From: an uncultured Gemmatimonadales bacterium
Lineage (GTDB): Bacteria; Gemmatimonadota; Gemmatimonadetes; Longimicrobiales; RSA9
NCBI GenBank assembly: GCA_963708135.1
Contig: OY970192.1
Span: 1,152,001 to 1,216,000, forward strand
Length of the DNA: 64,000 nt
Reading direction: 5' to 3'
Shown: one piece after another, positions 28,267-38,837 of the stretch
Layout: each line of letters opens with the position of its first letter
Numbering within the stretch: the first letter of the stretch is position 1
Made by a program: the position numbers and the translations under genes
The notes under the pieces: model-generated
The model's input: only the letters and a program-made list of their open reading frames with translations
Database searches by the model: none
Told to the model about the DNA's origin: nothing

Positions 28267-30153
28267 CTATCCGTCGAGCAGCGCCCGCACGCGCGCAGCC
28301 AGCTGCCGCGCGGTGAACGGCTTCTCGAGGTAGTGGGCGGCGCTCTCGGCGCCGTGTCGCTCGGCGAATTCGGGTGCGTACCCCGATGTGAAGAGGACGC
28401 CCAGCCCGGGTCTGCGCTCCCGCACGCGCGCGGCCAGGTCCCAGCCCGTCATGCCGGGCATGACCACGTCCGTCACCACGAGCTGGACGGGGTGCTCGGC
28501 CGCATCGATGATGGCCAGCGCGCTCTCTCCGTCCTGCGCCTCGATCACCGAGAACCCGCGCCGCCGCAGGATGCTGCTGGACACGGCGCGTACGTTCGCA
28601 TCGTCCTCCACCACCAGGATGACCTCGCCGGCGCCGCGCGCGTCCGGGGCGGCCTGCGATGAGCCGGCTTCCGCTCCCTCTGCGGCCGACTCGGACGTGG
28701 CGGGCAGGAAGATCGAGAACGTCGTGCCCCGCCTGGGCGCGCTCTCCACATCAATGGTGCCGCCTGCCTGGGTCACGATGCCGTGCACGGTGGCGAGGCC
28801 GAGGCCGGTCCCGCGGCCGGGCTCCTTGGTGGTGAAGAACGGGTCGAAGATATGCTCGCGCGCGTCCGCGTCGATGCCCATGCCGGTGTCACGCACCCGC
28901 ACGACCAGAACCTCCTCTGCGCTCACTCCGCGGGCGGCGGCGGGGCGGCGCCCGGCAAGGCGGCCTGCCTCGATGACGAGCTCGCCGCCATGCTCCATGG
29001 CATCGCAGGCGTTCACCACCAGGTTGAGCGCCACCTGCTGGAGCTGGGTCGGGTCGAGGCGGACGTGGCCGGGGCCCGGCTCGATGCGCATCTCCAGCGT
29101 GATGTCTTCGCGCACGAGCCGGCGCAGCATCGGCTCGGCTTCGCGGAGCACGGCGCCCAGGTCGACCACGCGCGGCACCACGGCGCGGCCGCGGCTGAAG
29201 GACAGGAGCTGGTGCGTGAGTGCCCTGCCGCGGTCGGTGGCGGCGCGGATCTCATCCAGCTCCGCCTGCGGCGCGGGGACCTTCTCGGCCAGCAGGTCGG
29301 CAAAGCCGCGGATCGCCGTGAGGATGTTGTTGAAGTCGTGCGCCACCCCGCCAGCCATGCGCCCCACCGCGTGCATCTTCTGTGAGAGGTGGAGCTGGTC
29401 CTCAAGCCGGCGGCGCTCCGTGAGGTCGCGTGCGATGTGCACGAACCGATCCGTGGCGAAGCGCGAGGTGATCACCTCCACGATGCGCTCGCCCCCGCCG
29501 GCGACGCTCACGGTGAACTCCCCCGACAGTCCCGCTCCGTGAGGCTCGCCGGCGCGGCTGGTGCCGCTACGCCTGCCGAAGATCGTGGCGACCGGACTCC
29601 CCGCCACCGCCTCGAGCGGCCGGTCCACCAGCCGGAGCGCCGCTTCGTTCGCCGTGAGGACGAGGCCCTCGCCGTCGCTCAGGACGATCGCGTCGCCGAC
29701 CGCCTCGAAGATGGCCCGCAGCTGCCGCTCGCTCTCCCGCTGCGCCGCCTCCGCGACGCGCCGGTGCCACCGCTCCCGCACCTTGTCCAGCGTCTGGAAC
29801 AGCTCCTGAGGGCGGACGGGCTTGACCAGGTAGTCGAAGCTGGCGGTGCGCAGCGCCTGAACGGCGCTGTCCATCGAGGCGTTGCCGGTCAGGATGATCA
29901 CTTCGATGGACTCCGACACGGCGTGCAGCGCGCCCACCAGCTGGATGCCGTCCATGTCCGGCAGCCGCAGGTCCACCAGCGCCGCCGCGGGTGGGTGGCC
30001 GAGCTCCTGCGCGATGCGCAGCCCGTCTTCGCCCGTGGGCGCCGTATGGGCGCTGTAGCCGCGCAGGCGCAGGATGTCGGAGAGCGTGCGGAGCAGAAGC
30101 GGATCGTCGTCGACGATCAGCACTTCCAGCGTGCTAGCTTCGGCTGAGGTCAT
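28267..30153 (-). CDS. hybrid sensor kinase (REC-PAS-HisKA-HATPase-REC, CckA-like)
   Basis: VLIVDDD, GGVAHDFNN, NLVVNACDAM, FFTTKEPGRGTGLGL, C-terminal VVEDD..TDVVMPG. Confidence 0.92.
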   Translation of the reverse strand: MTSAEASTLEVLIVDDDPLLLRTLSDILRLRGYSAHTAPTGEDGLRIAQELGHPPAAALVDLRLPDMDGIQLVGALHAVSESIEVIILTGNASMDSAVQALRTASFDYLVKPVRPQELFQTLDKVRERWHRRVAEAAQRESERQLRAIFEAVGDAIVLSDGEGLVLTANEAALRLVDRPLEAVAGSPVATIFGRRSGTSRAGEPHGAGLSGEFTVSVAGGGERIVEVITSRFATDRFVHIARDLTERRRLEDQLHLSQKMHAVGRMAGGVAHDFNNILTAIRGFADLLAEKVPAPQAELDEIRAATDRGRALTHQLLSFSRGRAVVPRVVDLGAVLREAEPMLRRLVREDITLEMRIEPGPGHVRLDPTQLQQVALNLVVNACDAMEHGGELVIEAGRLAGRRPAAARGVSAEEVLVVRVRDTGMGIDADAREHIFDPFFTTKEPGRGTGLGLATVHGIVTQAGGTIDVESAPRRGTTFSIFLPATSESAAEGAEAGSSQAAPDARGAGEVILVVEDDANVRAVSSSILRRRGFSVIEAQDGESALAIIDAAEHPVQLVVTDVVMPGMTGWDLAARVRERRPGLGVLFTSGYAPEFAERHGAESAAHYLEKPFTARQLAARVRALLDG

Positions 30154-30375
30154 CCAGCAGCTCCAGGAGTCGATCGGGATCGAAGGGCTTCTCCAGCCGG
30201 GCGTGCACCCACCCGTCGGGCACCGCGTCCTCGGCCTGCCGCAGCAGCGACGGATGACCGCTGTAGAGGATGAGCGCCACGGCGGGGTCGACGCGCCGGA
30301 TGGCCGCGATGTTGTCGTGCGCGTCCAGACCATCGAGGCGGAGATCGAGCACGACCACGGACGGGTGCTCCGCCG
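30134..30375 (-). pseudogene. response regulator receiver lacking its N-terminal third
   Basis: EHPSVVVLDLRLDG..LILYSG..LEKPFDP present; beta1 acidic pair and start codon missing. Confidence 0.7.
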
Positions 30376-31185
30376 ACAGCCGCCGCCAGCAGCACTACCA
30401 GCCCGATCAGCACCATCTCCGCCAGCAGCGCCCGCGCCGGCTCGAGCGTCGTCGCCTCCGGAAACGCCGCCAGCACCCGCCACGGCGTTCCTTCCACCGC
30501 CGCCGAGACCCCTGGCCTCTCCCGCCCGTCCGCCGTCTCGAAGAGCGCCGGCTGCGCCGCGCCGCCAGCGAGCTGAGCCGAGCCGGAGGGCCGCCCCGCC
30601 AGGTCCAGCCACGGCCCACGCCGTTCGTTCCCGATCAGCACCTCTCCCCCCACGCCCACCAGCCGGTTCAGCGCCGCCGCGCCCGCCCGGTCCGCCAGGT
30701 ACGCGCCCGTCGCTCCTCCCCCGGTCCACGGATCGGGCCGGCCACGTCGTAGTAGCCGAAACCGCCCCCCTCGCGCAGCGGGCCCACCCGCCCACCGGCT
30801 TCCCGGCCCCGGCCGCCGGCCGCGCCCCCAGCGAGTCCGCCAGCGGTGTGCGCGCCACGAGCCGCGCCTCCGGCGCCGGCAGCCACACCGCCACCGAGAG
30901 CGCCTGCGTCGCGGAGCCCGCCAGCCGCGTGAGCGCCGCCTGCGCGGCGGCACGCGTCTCCGCATCCGCCGGCACCGCCAGCTGTTCCGTCAGCTGGTTC
31001 GCGCCACGCACCAGCAGTCGCCGCAGCTCATCCGTCGCGTCGGCCAGCCGCCGCTCCGCCACCGTCACCAGGGTCCGCTGCAGAACCCGGTAGCGGCTCG
31101 ACGCCAACGCCGTCACGGTGCCCAGCACGAGCGCGCCGATGAGCACCGGCAGCCGATACCTGAGCGAGAGCCATCGTCGACTCAT
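30376..31185 (-). pseudogene. sensor kinase N-terminal fragment (TM-periplasmic-TM), frameshifted and truncated
   Basis: MSRRWLSLRYRLPVLIGALV TM1; GTPWRVLAAFPE..LLAEMVLIGLVVLLAAA TM2 in another frame; no HAMP or kinase follows. Confidence 0.65.
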
Positions 31186-31657
31186 TGCCCTGTCTTCTTG
31201 CGGGGAGAACAAGGAACTTCCACCGCCGAGCGGGGCGCGGCGGTGCGCAAGGCCGGAGGGGCCGGCCATCATCAAGATATGTCGCGTTCTGTCCGAGGAG
31301 AACCTCTGCCACCGGCCGGCCGCTCAGCCCGCCATTCGCTAGTGTTGGGTGGAGTGCCGCTCGCCCGCCTGCCGCCGGAATTGCTCCGCGCGCGCCCCGC
31401 GATGCTCGTGGGCGCGAGCGACGTCCGGTACGACCCGAGGCAACGCGCATGGCGCACGCGACGGTGTGGCCGTTAGATTTTCCCTTAGTAAACAGGATCT
31501 CTCCCGCAACGTCGAATGCACCCTCGTTGACGAGCAACCGGGCTGTCCCGTTGGACGGGGGCAGTCGCGCTTGGCCGCAGCGTGGCTTTCGCGCAGAGTG
31601 GCCGACGTCACGGCCAGGAAGGGGCACCCGAGTGATTTACGGCGGCAGAAGCCGTTC

Positions 31658-32833
31658 ATGAAGATCCTTCTCCTCTGCGATTATTACCCTCCCGCCAAGA
31701 TCGGTGGAGTGGGCGAAATCGCGAAGCAACTCCGGGAGTCCTATCAAGCCCTCGGGCATCATGTGCTCGTCCTCACAACCGGGGCCCCAGTCGGAGGCGA
31801 GGTGGCAAACGGGATCGTCCGTGGCAGCGAGAGCCTTGTACTTGGCGTATTCATCAACAACCTGCGTGTGCTGGGGATGATTCGGCGCGAGCGCATTGAT
31901 TTGGTGCACATGCATCAATCTAGCTCAACGCTATTTCTATTAGCTAGGAGGATGTTTAGACGGTTTCCAATCGTTATCTCATCACTACAAGTGTCCTATC
32001 TTAGGGAGGCCAGAGAGATACGCCCGATAGCCGTCGCCGGAAGATGGATTCGGCCGCGCCTGCAAGAATACGGCGAGCGCGTGTTCTTCGCGCCGACTCA
32101 CGTAGCTCTTGACTTTATCGGTTATGCGCTCAGCGACATCGTGACCGTCGTTAGCCGCGGCAACTATGAAGAGCTCCTGCGCAGCTTTGGTTCTTTGAAG
32201 CGGAGGTCCGTCGCAATCGTCCCAAATGGGGTGAGAGTCCAGAAGCCTCGCAATCCCGTTCGCGATGAGACGCTTGAAGCGCGCCGACGCGGCAAAGTCG
32301 TGATCGCGTACGTTGGCGTGTTCAGATCTCGGAAACGCGTGCATACGCTGCTGCTGAGTATGCGTCAAATCGTGGCTACCTGCCCGGAAGCGCTCCTCCT
32401 GCTTGTTGGTGGGGGGCGGGGCTACGAACGGGAACTGCACGCACTGGTTGATGAGCTTGGAATTTCCTCAAACGTTTACTTTGCTGGGCGTGTGCCACCC
32501 GACCGCGTGCCGTATTACTTGTCTTGCGCTGACATCTTTTGTTTGCTTTCAGCGTATGAGGGGATGCCGCTTGCCATGCTCGAGGCGATGAACGAGGGAA
32601 AGGTTGCCGTCGCCACTGACGGCTATGGTATGCGTGACGTCCTCTCGAAGCTCGATCCCGGCCTCTTGGTGCGAGTCAACGACGTAGAGGAGACGGCCAG
32701 AGTGATCATAGACCTGATCCGGCACCCCCAGCGCCGCGAGTCGCTCGGGCACGCGGGGCGGCTTTACGTGCGCAGCCACCTGTCATGGGAGCGGGTGGCC
32801 GAACAGTACCTCGCGTTGGCGGGCAAAGAATGA
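31658..32833 (+). CDS. glycosyltransferase family 4
   Basis: MKILLLCDYYPPAKIGG, VPNGV, EGMPLAMLEAM. Confidence 0.92.
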   Translation: MKILLLCDYYPPAKIGGVGEIAKQLRESYQALGHHVLVLTTGAPVGGEVANGIVRGSESLVLGVFINNLRVLGMIRRERIDLVHMHQSSSTLFLLARRMFRRFPIVISSLQVSYLREAREIRPIAVAGRWIRPRLQEYGERVFFAPTHVALDFIGYALSDIVTVVSRGNYEELLRSFGSLKRRSVAIVPNGVRVQKPRNPVRDETLEARRRGKVVIAYVGVFRSRKRVHTLLLSMRQIVATCPEALLLLVGGGRGYERELHALVDELGISSNVYFAGRVPPDRVPYYLSCADIFCLLSAYEGMPLAMLEAMNEGKVAVATDGYGMRDVLSKLDPGLLVRVNDVEETARVIIDLIRHPQRRESLGHAGRLYVRSHLSWERVAEQYLALAGKE

Positions 32834-34026
32834 AGCTTCTGTTGCTCCCGGGTTACCGATACCCCGCGTCGCTGAATGAGCCGATCACATGTGGAGACCT
32901 ACGGTACAGCTTCAATTTGTCCCGGGCACTTGCCCGGCTGGGTGTTGAGGTGAACGTCCTGTCCCGAAAACGGCGCGGAGATCAGGACATCCAAGTGCTT
33001 GATGGCGTTACTATCGACCGGTATGAACCGGCCTTCCCGCACCTGTTCGCCACTAGCTTTGATATAAGTCCGGAGCGTGCTAGGCGCTTCAAAGAACTCG
33101 CTATGACGAGCGATCTAGTTATTGCAAACTCGCCACTGACGCTCGAGTTGACAGCCAAGCTAAGCTGCCCCCTCGTGTACGTTTGCAGCGGCTTGGAGGA
33201 TGTCCGAAACTATTCAGCTACGCTCCGTGAGGCCGGGCAATTGCTCGGGCTTAAGCTCTTGCGCGACCCAATGAAGCGCGCAACGTGGAGGCGCGCGGCT
33301 CGCGTCAACACCACTGCGGAACGGGAACGCCAGACCTTGGTTCGAATGGGCGTGCCCGCCCGGAAGATCAGCGCAATCGGTCCAGGCGTCGAATTGGAAC
33401 GCTACCAACCTGCCGGACCTGGAGAGGTGAATGGACTTGCCGCGGACCTCACCCAGGACCGTGCGGCTGGCGCCAAGATCGTGTTGTCCGTTTCTCGCTT
33501 CACGCCCGCCAAGGGACTGCTCGAAACGCTACAGGCGTTTGCGCGTTTGCTACAGAGGCGATCAGACGTCCTCCTCGTTCTTGTGGGAGTCCAGCATTCG
33601 CATCGAGCCAGCTACTACGACGAGGTGCGACGAGCGATCGCAGAGCTCAGCCTCGCGTTGAACGTGCTGATTCGCGAAGACGTCCCCGAGTGGGAACTGC
33701 CGCTGTACTATTCAGCGGCCGCCGTCACCACGGTGTTCTCCACCGGCTACGACCCTCTCCCAACCGTCATGATCGAAAGCATGAGTTGCGGCACACCGGT
33801 GGTCTCTAGCGACATTCCCACGCGGCTGCAGGTAATCGAGCCTGGTGTAACTGGGCTGATGATTCCACCGAGAGATACTCCGGGATGGGTCGAAGCTGTC
33901 GAGCGCCTCCTAAATGACGAGGCTTTCGCCGGGCAAATTGGGGAAGCGGGCCTGAGAAAGGTACGCGAGCAGTTCGATATGAACCACATCGCGCGACAGT
34001 ACCTCGACCTGTTCCGAGGCATATGA
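32830..34026 (+). CDS. glycosyltransferase family 4
   Basis: SRFTPAKG, DPLPTVMIESMSCGTPVV; ATGA overlap. Confidence 0.9.
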   Translation: MKLLLLPGYRYPASLNEPITCGDLRYSFNLSRALARLGVEVNVLSRKRRGDQDIQVLDGVTIDRYEPAFPHLFATSFDISPERARRFKELAMTSDLVIANSPLTLELTAKLSCPLVYVCSGLEDVRNYSATLREAGQLLGLKLLRDPMKRATWRRAARVNTTAERERQTLVRMGVPARKISAIGPGVELERYQPAGPGEVNGLAADLTQDRAAGAKIVLSVSRFTPAKGLLETLQAFARLLQRRSDVLLVLVGVQHSHRASYYDEVRRAIAELSLALNVLIREDVPEWELPLYYSAAAVTTVFSTGYDPLPTVMIESMSCGTPVVSSDIPTRLQVIEPGVTGLMIPPRDTPGWVEAVERLLNDEAFAGQIGEAGLRKVREQFDMNHIARQYLDLFRGI

Positions 34027-35237
34027 GCGATTTGCATCGTCCGGCAGCCGTCCCGTCCGTCCTCATTTGGGGAGGGTGGTACGGCAGCCGCAATATCGGG
34101 GATACTGCGATTTTGCTGGGCCTGAAGCAGTTGATCCAGCGCGTTAACGAAAGCCAGGAAGTCTATGTTCAGGTAATGTCAACCGACCCCGATTATACGT
34201 CAACGCACGGGGTGACGGGCAAGAAGGCATTGGTCAAGTCGGAGCTCTTTCAGCCGTGGGCTTGGCTGCGGGTGCTGGGTGCATTCGCCAGGCCGGATCT
34301 GGTTGTCGTGAGCGGCGGGACACCGTTCTTCGATTCGTCGCATGCGATCCGTACTCTCTACTTGTTGCTTCCGATTGTCTTCCGCGTGCCGTTCGTCATC
34401 TTTGGTGCAGGGGTCAAGCCTCTGCGCAGTTGGTACGGCCGCCGCTCCATCCCTTGGCTGCTTCGTCGTGCGGAATCCGTCAGCGTCCGAGACGAAGATT
34501 CCCAAAGAATCCTGGCGGATCTGGGGGTGCAAAGAGTTGCACTCACCGCAGATTCGGCCTTTTTTGCCAAACCGGCTGACCCAGACCTACTGGCCCCTTT
34601 ACTGGAGGCGTACGGCGTGCTGGAGGAGGATTCCCTGCTGGTCGTTGCTCCACGTGTCCTCTCCACCGACCGCAAGCGCCTCTACTTACAGGAGCAGATG
34701 ACGGAGGCCTTGATTCGAGACACACCCCTCTGTCTTGCGAGCGCAATCAATCGCCTGGCGGGCAAGTTCGACAGGATCCTGGTAATGGCTATGCACTTCC
34801 ACGGTCCGGATAGCGATGTGCCCCTCATTCAGGCAATTATGAGCCAGGTCAGTGCCCGCAATGTCCAGCTTGTAGATCGTGAACTCCGCCCGGAGATGGC
34901 TATCGCGCTGTTTCGGCGGGCTCGTTTGGTCCTCGGCGTCCGACTCCATGCCCTCCTCCTCGCCTCGTCCATGGGAACGCCAATCGTCGGCATCGCGTAC
35001 GAACAGAAGGTACGCAGCCTCTTTGAACGGCTCGAGTTGCAGGGGTGCTGTCTCGATCTCTTGACCCTCAATGAAGATCGTCTGGTCGCCGCCGCCGAAA
35101 TGGTACTCCGGGACGAGCGCCGGATCCGGGATCATCTGGACCGACGGGTGAGCGAGCTGCGCGCTCTGATTCTGGCGCAAGCGGCTGATTCGCTGCGCAT
35201 GAGACCGTATGCTACAGACGGTCAGCGTGACCAATAG
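34023..35237 (+). CDS. polysaccharide pyruvyl transferase family protein (CsaB/WcaK-like)
   Basis: GWYGSRNIGDTAIL, SGGT, SVRDEDS, GVRLHALL, IAYEQKV. Confidence 0.9.
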   Translation: MSDLHRPAAVPSVLIWGGWYGSRNIGDTAILLGLKQLIQRVNESQEVYVQVMSTDPDYTSTHGVTGKKALVKSELFQPWAWLRVLGAFARPDLVVVSGGTPFFDSSHAIRTLYLLLPIVFRVPFVIFGAGVKPLRSWYGRRSIPWLLRRAESVSVRDEDSQRILADLGVQRVALTADSAFFAKPADPDLLAPLLEAYGVLEEDSLLVVAPRVLSTDRKRLYLQEQMTEALIRDTPLCLASAINRLAGKFDRILVMAMHFHGPDSDVPLIQAIMSQVSARNVQLVDRELRPEMAIALFRRARLVLGVRLHALLLASSMGTPIVGIAYEQKVRSLFERLELQGCCLDLLTLNEDRLVAAAEMVLRDERRIRDHLDRRVSELRALILAQAADSLRMRPYATDGQRDQ

Positions 35238-36162
35238 CGCACGTCTCCGGTGGGCTCTTGGTGCCGCGGCGTATGGCCTGCTTGCGCTGTTCCTGGTTCG
35301 ATATTTCAGGGCGACTGACTGGCGCAAGCTGAGTTTGATCACCATTAGGCCGATCTACGTTCTTGCCGCAGTCCCGTTTTCGATTGGCGCCCGCCTGCTG
35401 CAGCCCTTCGCGTGGGCGGAACTGATACGGGACTACGGCGGGGACGTGCCGCCCTACCCGCAGGTAACCTCGATTTACGCAAAGAGTTGGCTCGGTAGAT
35501 ACATACCGGGAAAGCTCGCCTGGATTGGCGGAAAAGTGTTCTTGGGGCGTCGTGCCGGCGTGGATATCGGGGTGTTGACCGTTACGTCCGTGGCTGAGGC
35601 GGGACTTCAGTTCGTGACCGCGCTTGCCCTCTCTTTTCTGCTTTTTGCGGCTGCGGGCGAGTTAGGACGCCTGGGGAGGGGTATCCGCCTACTTGCATTC
35701 GTATCGCTTGCGGCAATGACAATCGTGCTCAGTCCGCCAATATTCAACCACGCGGTGGCTCGGCTGCGATATCTGTTGTCTAAGGAGCATGTCGCCAACG
35801 CCCCCCAGCTGTCATTATATTCCCTTTCTAAGGTCGGTCTGCTCTACATCACCATACATGGTACGAGCGCCATACCTCTGTTTTTCCTTGTCAAGACGAT
35901 CTACGCGCCCTTGGTGTTGGGAGATGTTCCCTACATCACGGCGAGCTTTCTCTTGGCCGGAACCCTGGGAACTCTCGCGGTCTTCGCGCCGAGTGGCTTG
36001 GGGGTTCGCGAGGGGATTCTTCTTGGCCTTCTTGCGGTGGTTCTCCCGAAGGAGGTCAGCCTGATCGCGGTTGTCTGCCTGCGCCTCTGGTCGGTGAGCA
36101 TGGACCTCCTCTTCTATTCAGTGGCGTCGCTTCTCGTCCGCGCGTTTCCCGTACGCGGATGA
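35227..36162 (+). CDS. lysylphosphatidylglycerol-synthase-TM / flippase-like membrane protein
   Basis: LGRYIPGKLAW, APSGLGVREG, many TM helices; alternative start at 35209. Confidence 0.85.
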   Translation: MTNSARLRWALGAAAYGLLALFLVRYFRATDWRKLSLITIRPIYVLAAVPFSIGARLLQPFAWAELIRDYGGDVPPYPQVTSIYAKSWLGRYIPGKLAWIGGKVFLGRRAGVDIGVLTVTSVAEAGLQFVTALALSFLLFAAAGELGRLGRGIRLLAFVSLAAMTIVLSPPIFNHAVARLRYLLSKEHVANAPQLSLYSLSKVGLLYITIHGTSAIPLFFLVKTIYAPLVLGDVPYITASFLLAGTLGTLAVFAPSGLGVREGILLGLLAVVLPKEVSLIAVVCLRLWSVSMDLLFYSVASLLVRAFPVRG

Positions 36163-36211
36163 GAACCTCCGAGCGGCTTCTAGCACGGACACGGCGCCCT
36201 GGAACCCCTTC

Positions 36212-37645
36212 GAGCTATTGTCAAATGTTGTGGATTGGGGTGATCAGGCGGCGCTCCTCCGCCCTTCTTGATCCTCCCTCTCTTGCATGATGCCGTCGGT
36301 GAACTGGACCTCCGCCCGAACGAGGGGGAGGAGGTGGGCGCCGTCGAGGCGCCGCCACCGCTGGCTGGCCATGTCCAGGAGCTTGTAGGCGAACACCAGC
36401 CCGCGCGTTCTCAGCCCGCTCCCTTCGTCACCCGCTGCCGGAGCCGCACGGTCGCGAAGGTGCTCTCCACCGGATTGGTGGTGCGCAGATGCTTCCAGTG
36501 TTCGGCCGGGAAGTCGAAGAAGGCCAGGAGCTGGTCCTGGTCGCGCACGAGGGACGCCACCGCCTTGGGGTACTTGGCGCCGTACTCTTCGCGGAAGCGC
36601 TCAATCTCCTCCTGGGCCGCCGCGCGGCTCTCCGCGTTCATGATCTCGCGCAGATGCGCTTTCGCTTTCGGCTGGAGCCGCTTGGGCAGCTTGTCCAGCA
36701 CGTTGGCCAGCCGGTGCACCCAGCAGCGCTGCTCCCGCGTGTCGGGCCAGACGTCGCGCGCGGCCGCCCAGAAGCCGAGCGCGCCATCCCCTACGGCCAG
36801 GACGGGAGGGCGCATGCCGCGCCTCGTCAGATCGCGCAGGAGCGCCGCCCAGCTCTCCGTCGATTCGCGGTAGCCGTCCTCGATGGCCACGAGCTCCTTG
36901 GTCCCGTCCGGGCGCACTCCGATCACGACGAGCGCACACAGGCGGTCCTCTTCCAGCCGGATCCGGAAATGCACCCCGTCCACCCAGACGTAGACGTAGT
37001 CTCGGTCCGAGAGATCGCGCCGCCGCCAGGCCCGGTACTCCTCCTCCCAAGCTCCAGTCAGGCGGCTGATGACGCTCGGCGACAGCCCCGCTGTGGCCTC
37101 CGCTCCGAGCAGCGCCCGCAGCGCCTCCTGAAAGTCCCCGGTCGAGAGCCCGCGCAAATAGAGCACCGGCAGCACCTCCGCCACCTTGGGACTGCGCCGC
37201 ATGTACGGCGGCAGGATCTCGCTCGTGAAGCGCTGGCGCGTCCCCTCCACCACCCGTCGGTCATTCACCCGCGGCGCGGCGACCTCCACCGTCCCGGCCC
37301 CGAGCGTCACGCGTCGCGGCCGCGCCTTCCCGTTGCGCACCACGAGCGCGTGTCCCGCCTCGTCCCGCTCGCCCCGGTAGCGCTCCACGTAGGCGGCCAC
37401 CTCCGCCTCCAGCGCCACCGCCAGCATCCGCCGCGCGCCCTCACGCGCGAGCTCGTCCAGCGTGAACTCCAGCCCCCCCGCTTGCTCCGCAGGGGCGTCC
37501 ATGAATAGCTTCAGCATGGGTGGCGTCTCCTTCCCCCCGCCGGCCAGCGGGGCTTCGCGTTTCGGTGAACGAACCAACGCGGAAGGATACGCCGCCTTTT
37601 TTCACCCCATCAAGTCACGCGATCCACAACTTCTGAAAATACCTC
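36212..37645 (-). mobile_element. IS256-family insertion sequence, 1434 bp, with 9-bp target site duplication
   Basis: Imperfect terminal IRs GAGCTATTGTCAAATGTTGTGGAT / GAGGTATTTTCAGAAGTTGTGGAT; AACCCCTTC at 36203-36211 and 37646-37654. Confidence 0.95.
36244..37517 (-). pseudogene. IS256 transposase, frameshifted near the C-terminus
   Basis: LYLRGLSTGDF, YVWVDG, GDGALGFW, QRCWVH, RTTNPVES; stop at 36411 but GLVFAYKLLDMASQRWRRL continues in another frame to 36244. Confidence 0.88.
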
Positions 37646-37852
37646 AACCCCTTCCCTTGCGGGGTTAGGCCTTCGCGGTGATATTTCCTCTTTACCTGTA
37701 GGCCATTGGTCCCGCCGCTGGCGGCGGTTGCCGCTGCGACACTTTGCGCGCATCGGGTGGTCTGCGGTGTCCCCCTCACGGGGCAGGATTTCTTCACCTC
37801 CGTGGAGCGAGAAAAAGCGTCGGGCGCCGTCCCCTCTTCGGTGGCGTTCAGT

Positions 37853-38836
37853 ATGGCTAAGCTCATCATCCAGATTCCGTGCTACAATGAGGCAGAAGCG
37901 CTGCCGACGGCGTTGGCGGCCCTGCCGCGCTCCGTGCCGGGATTCGAAACCGTCGAATGGCTGGTGATCGACGACGGGAGCGTCGATGCTACCAGCGAGG
38001 TTGCTCACGGGCGCGGCGTTGACCACGTGGTCCGTCTACCGGGGCACCGTGGGCTGGCGGCCGCATTTATGGCGGGCCTCGACGCTTCTGTGCGCGCTGG
38101 GGCGGACGTCGTCGTGAATACCGACGCGGATAACCAGTATTGCGCCGAGGACATTCCCCGGCTCGTGCAACCAATCTTGGAGGGCAGAGCCGAGCTGGTG
38201 ATCGGCACGCGGCCGATATCCGAAATCCGCCACTTCTCCTGGGGTAAGCGCTCGCTTCAGCGCCTCGGCAGTGCCGTGACCCGGGTCGTAAGCGGCACCC
38301 GAGTGCAGGATGGCCCGAGCGGCTTCCGTGCCATGAGCCGCGAAGCAGCGTTGCGTCTGCATGTATTCAACTCTTACACGTACACCATCAAGACGATCAT
38401 CCAAGCTGGACGGAAGGGGATGCGCGTGACCTCCGTGCCGGTCCGGACGAACCCGCCGCTTCGCGCGTCCCGGCTGGTGCGCAGCAACGGGCGCTACATC
38501 GCCCGCCAGCTTCTCACAATGGTCCGAGTGTTTCTCACCTACAAGCCATTCCGGTTCTTTGCGCTACCAGGCGTATTCATCTTCGGTGCTGGGTTCATGA
38601 TTGGGCTCAGATTCCTATATCTGTACATCACAGAAGGTGGCACAGGCCATGTGCAATCGTTGATTCTAGCGGCACTGCTAATGGGGACCGGATTCTTTCT
38701 TGGAGTTGTTGGGCTCCTCGCTGACCTACTGGCCGTAAACCGTACCCTCCTCGAAGGGTTGGATTGGAGGGTAAAGAAGCTTGAAATGGAGGGCGGAAAT
38801 ATTCCCTCCGAGACAACGCGCCAGCCAGTCCCATAG
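37853..38836 (+). CDS. glycosyltransferase family 2 with C-terminal TM hairpin (polyprenol-phosphate GT-like)
   Basis: IQIPCYNE, IDDGSVD, NTDADNQY, SGFRA, two C-terminal TM helices. Confidence 0.92.
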   Translation: MAKLIIQIPCYNEAEALPTALAALPRSVPGFETVEWLVIDDGSVDATSEVAHGRGVDHVVRLPGHRGLAAAFMAGLDASVRAGADVVVNTDADNQYCAEDIPRLVQPILEGRAELVIGTRPISEIRHFSWGKRSLQRLGSAVTRVVSGTRVQDGPSGFRAMSREAALRLHVFNSYTYTIKTIIQAGRKGMRVTSVPVRTNPPLRASRLVRSNGRYIARQLLTMVRVFLTYKPFRFFALPGVFIFGAGFMIGLRFLYLYITEGGTGHVQSLILAALLMGTGFFLGVVGLLADLLAVNRTLLEGLDWRVKKLEMEGGNIPSETTRQPVP

Positions 38837-38837
38837 G

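Noticed and set aside
28267..31275. Single 1002-aa sensor kinase as in the ORF track
   Set aside because: The segment from about 30150 to 30800 is out-of-frame nonsense in that ORF; the coherent protein starts at 30153.
36244..36420. Programmed frameshift or readthrough in the IS256 transposase
   Set aside because: IS256 transposases are single ORFs and no slippery site is visible; mutation or sequencing error is simpler.
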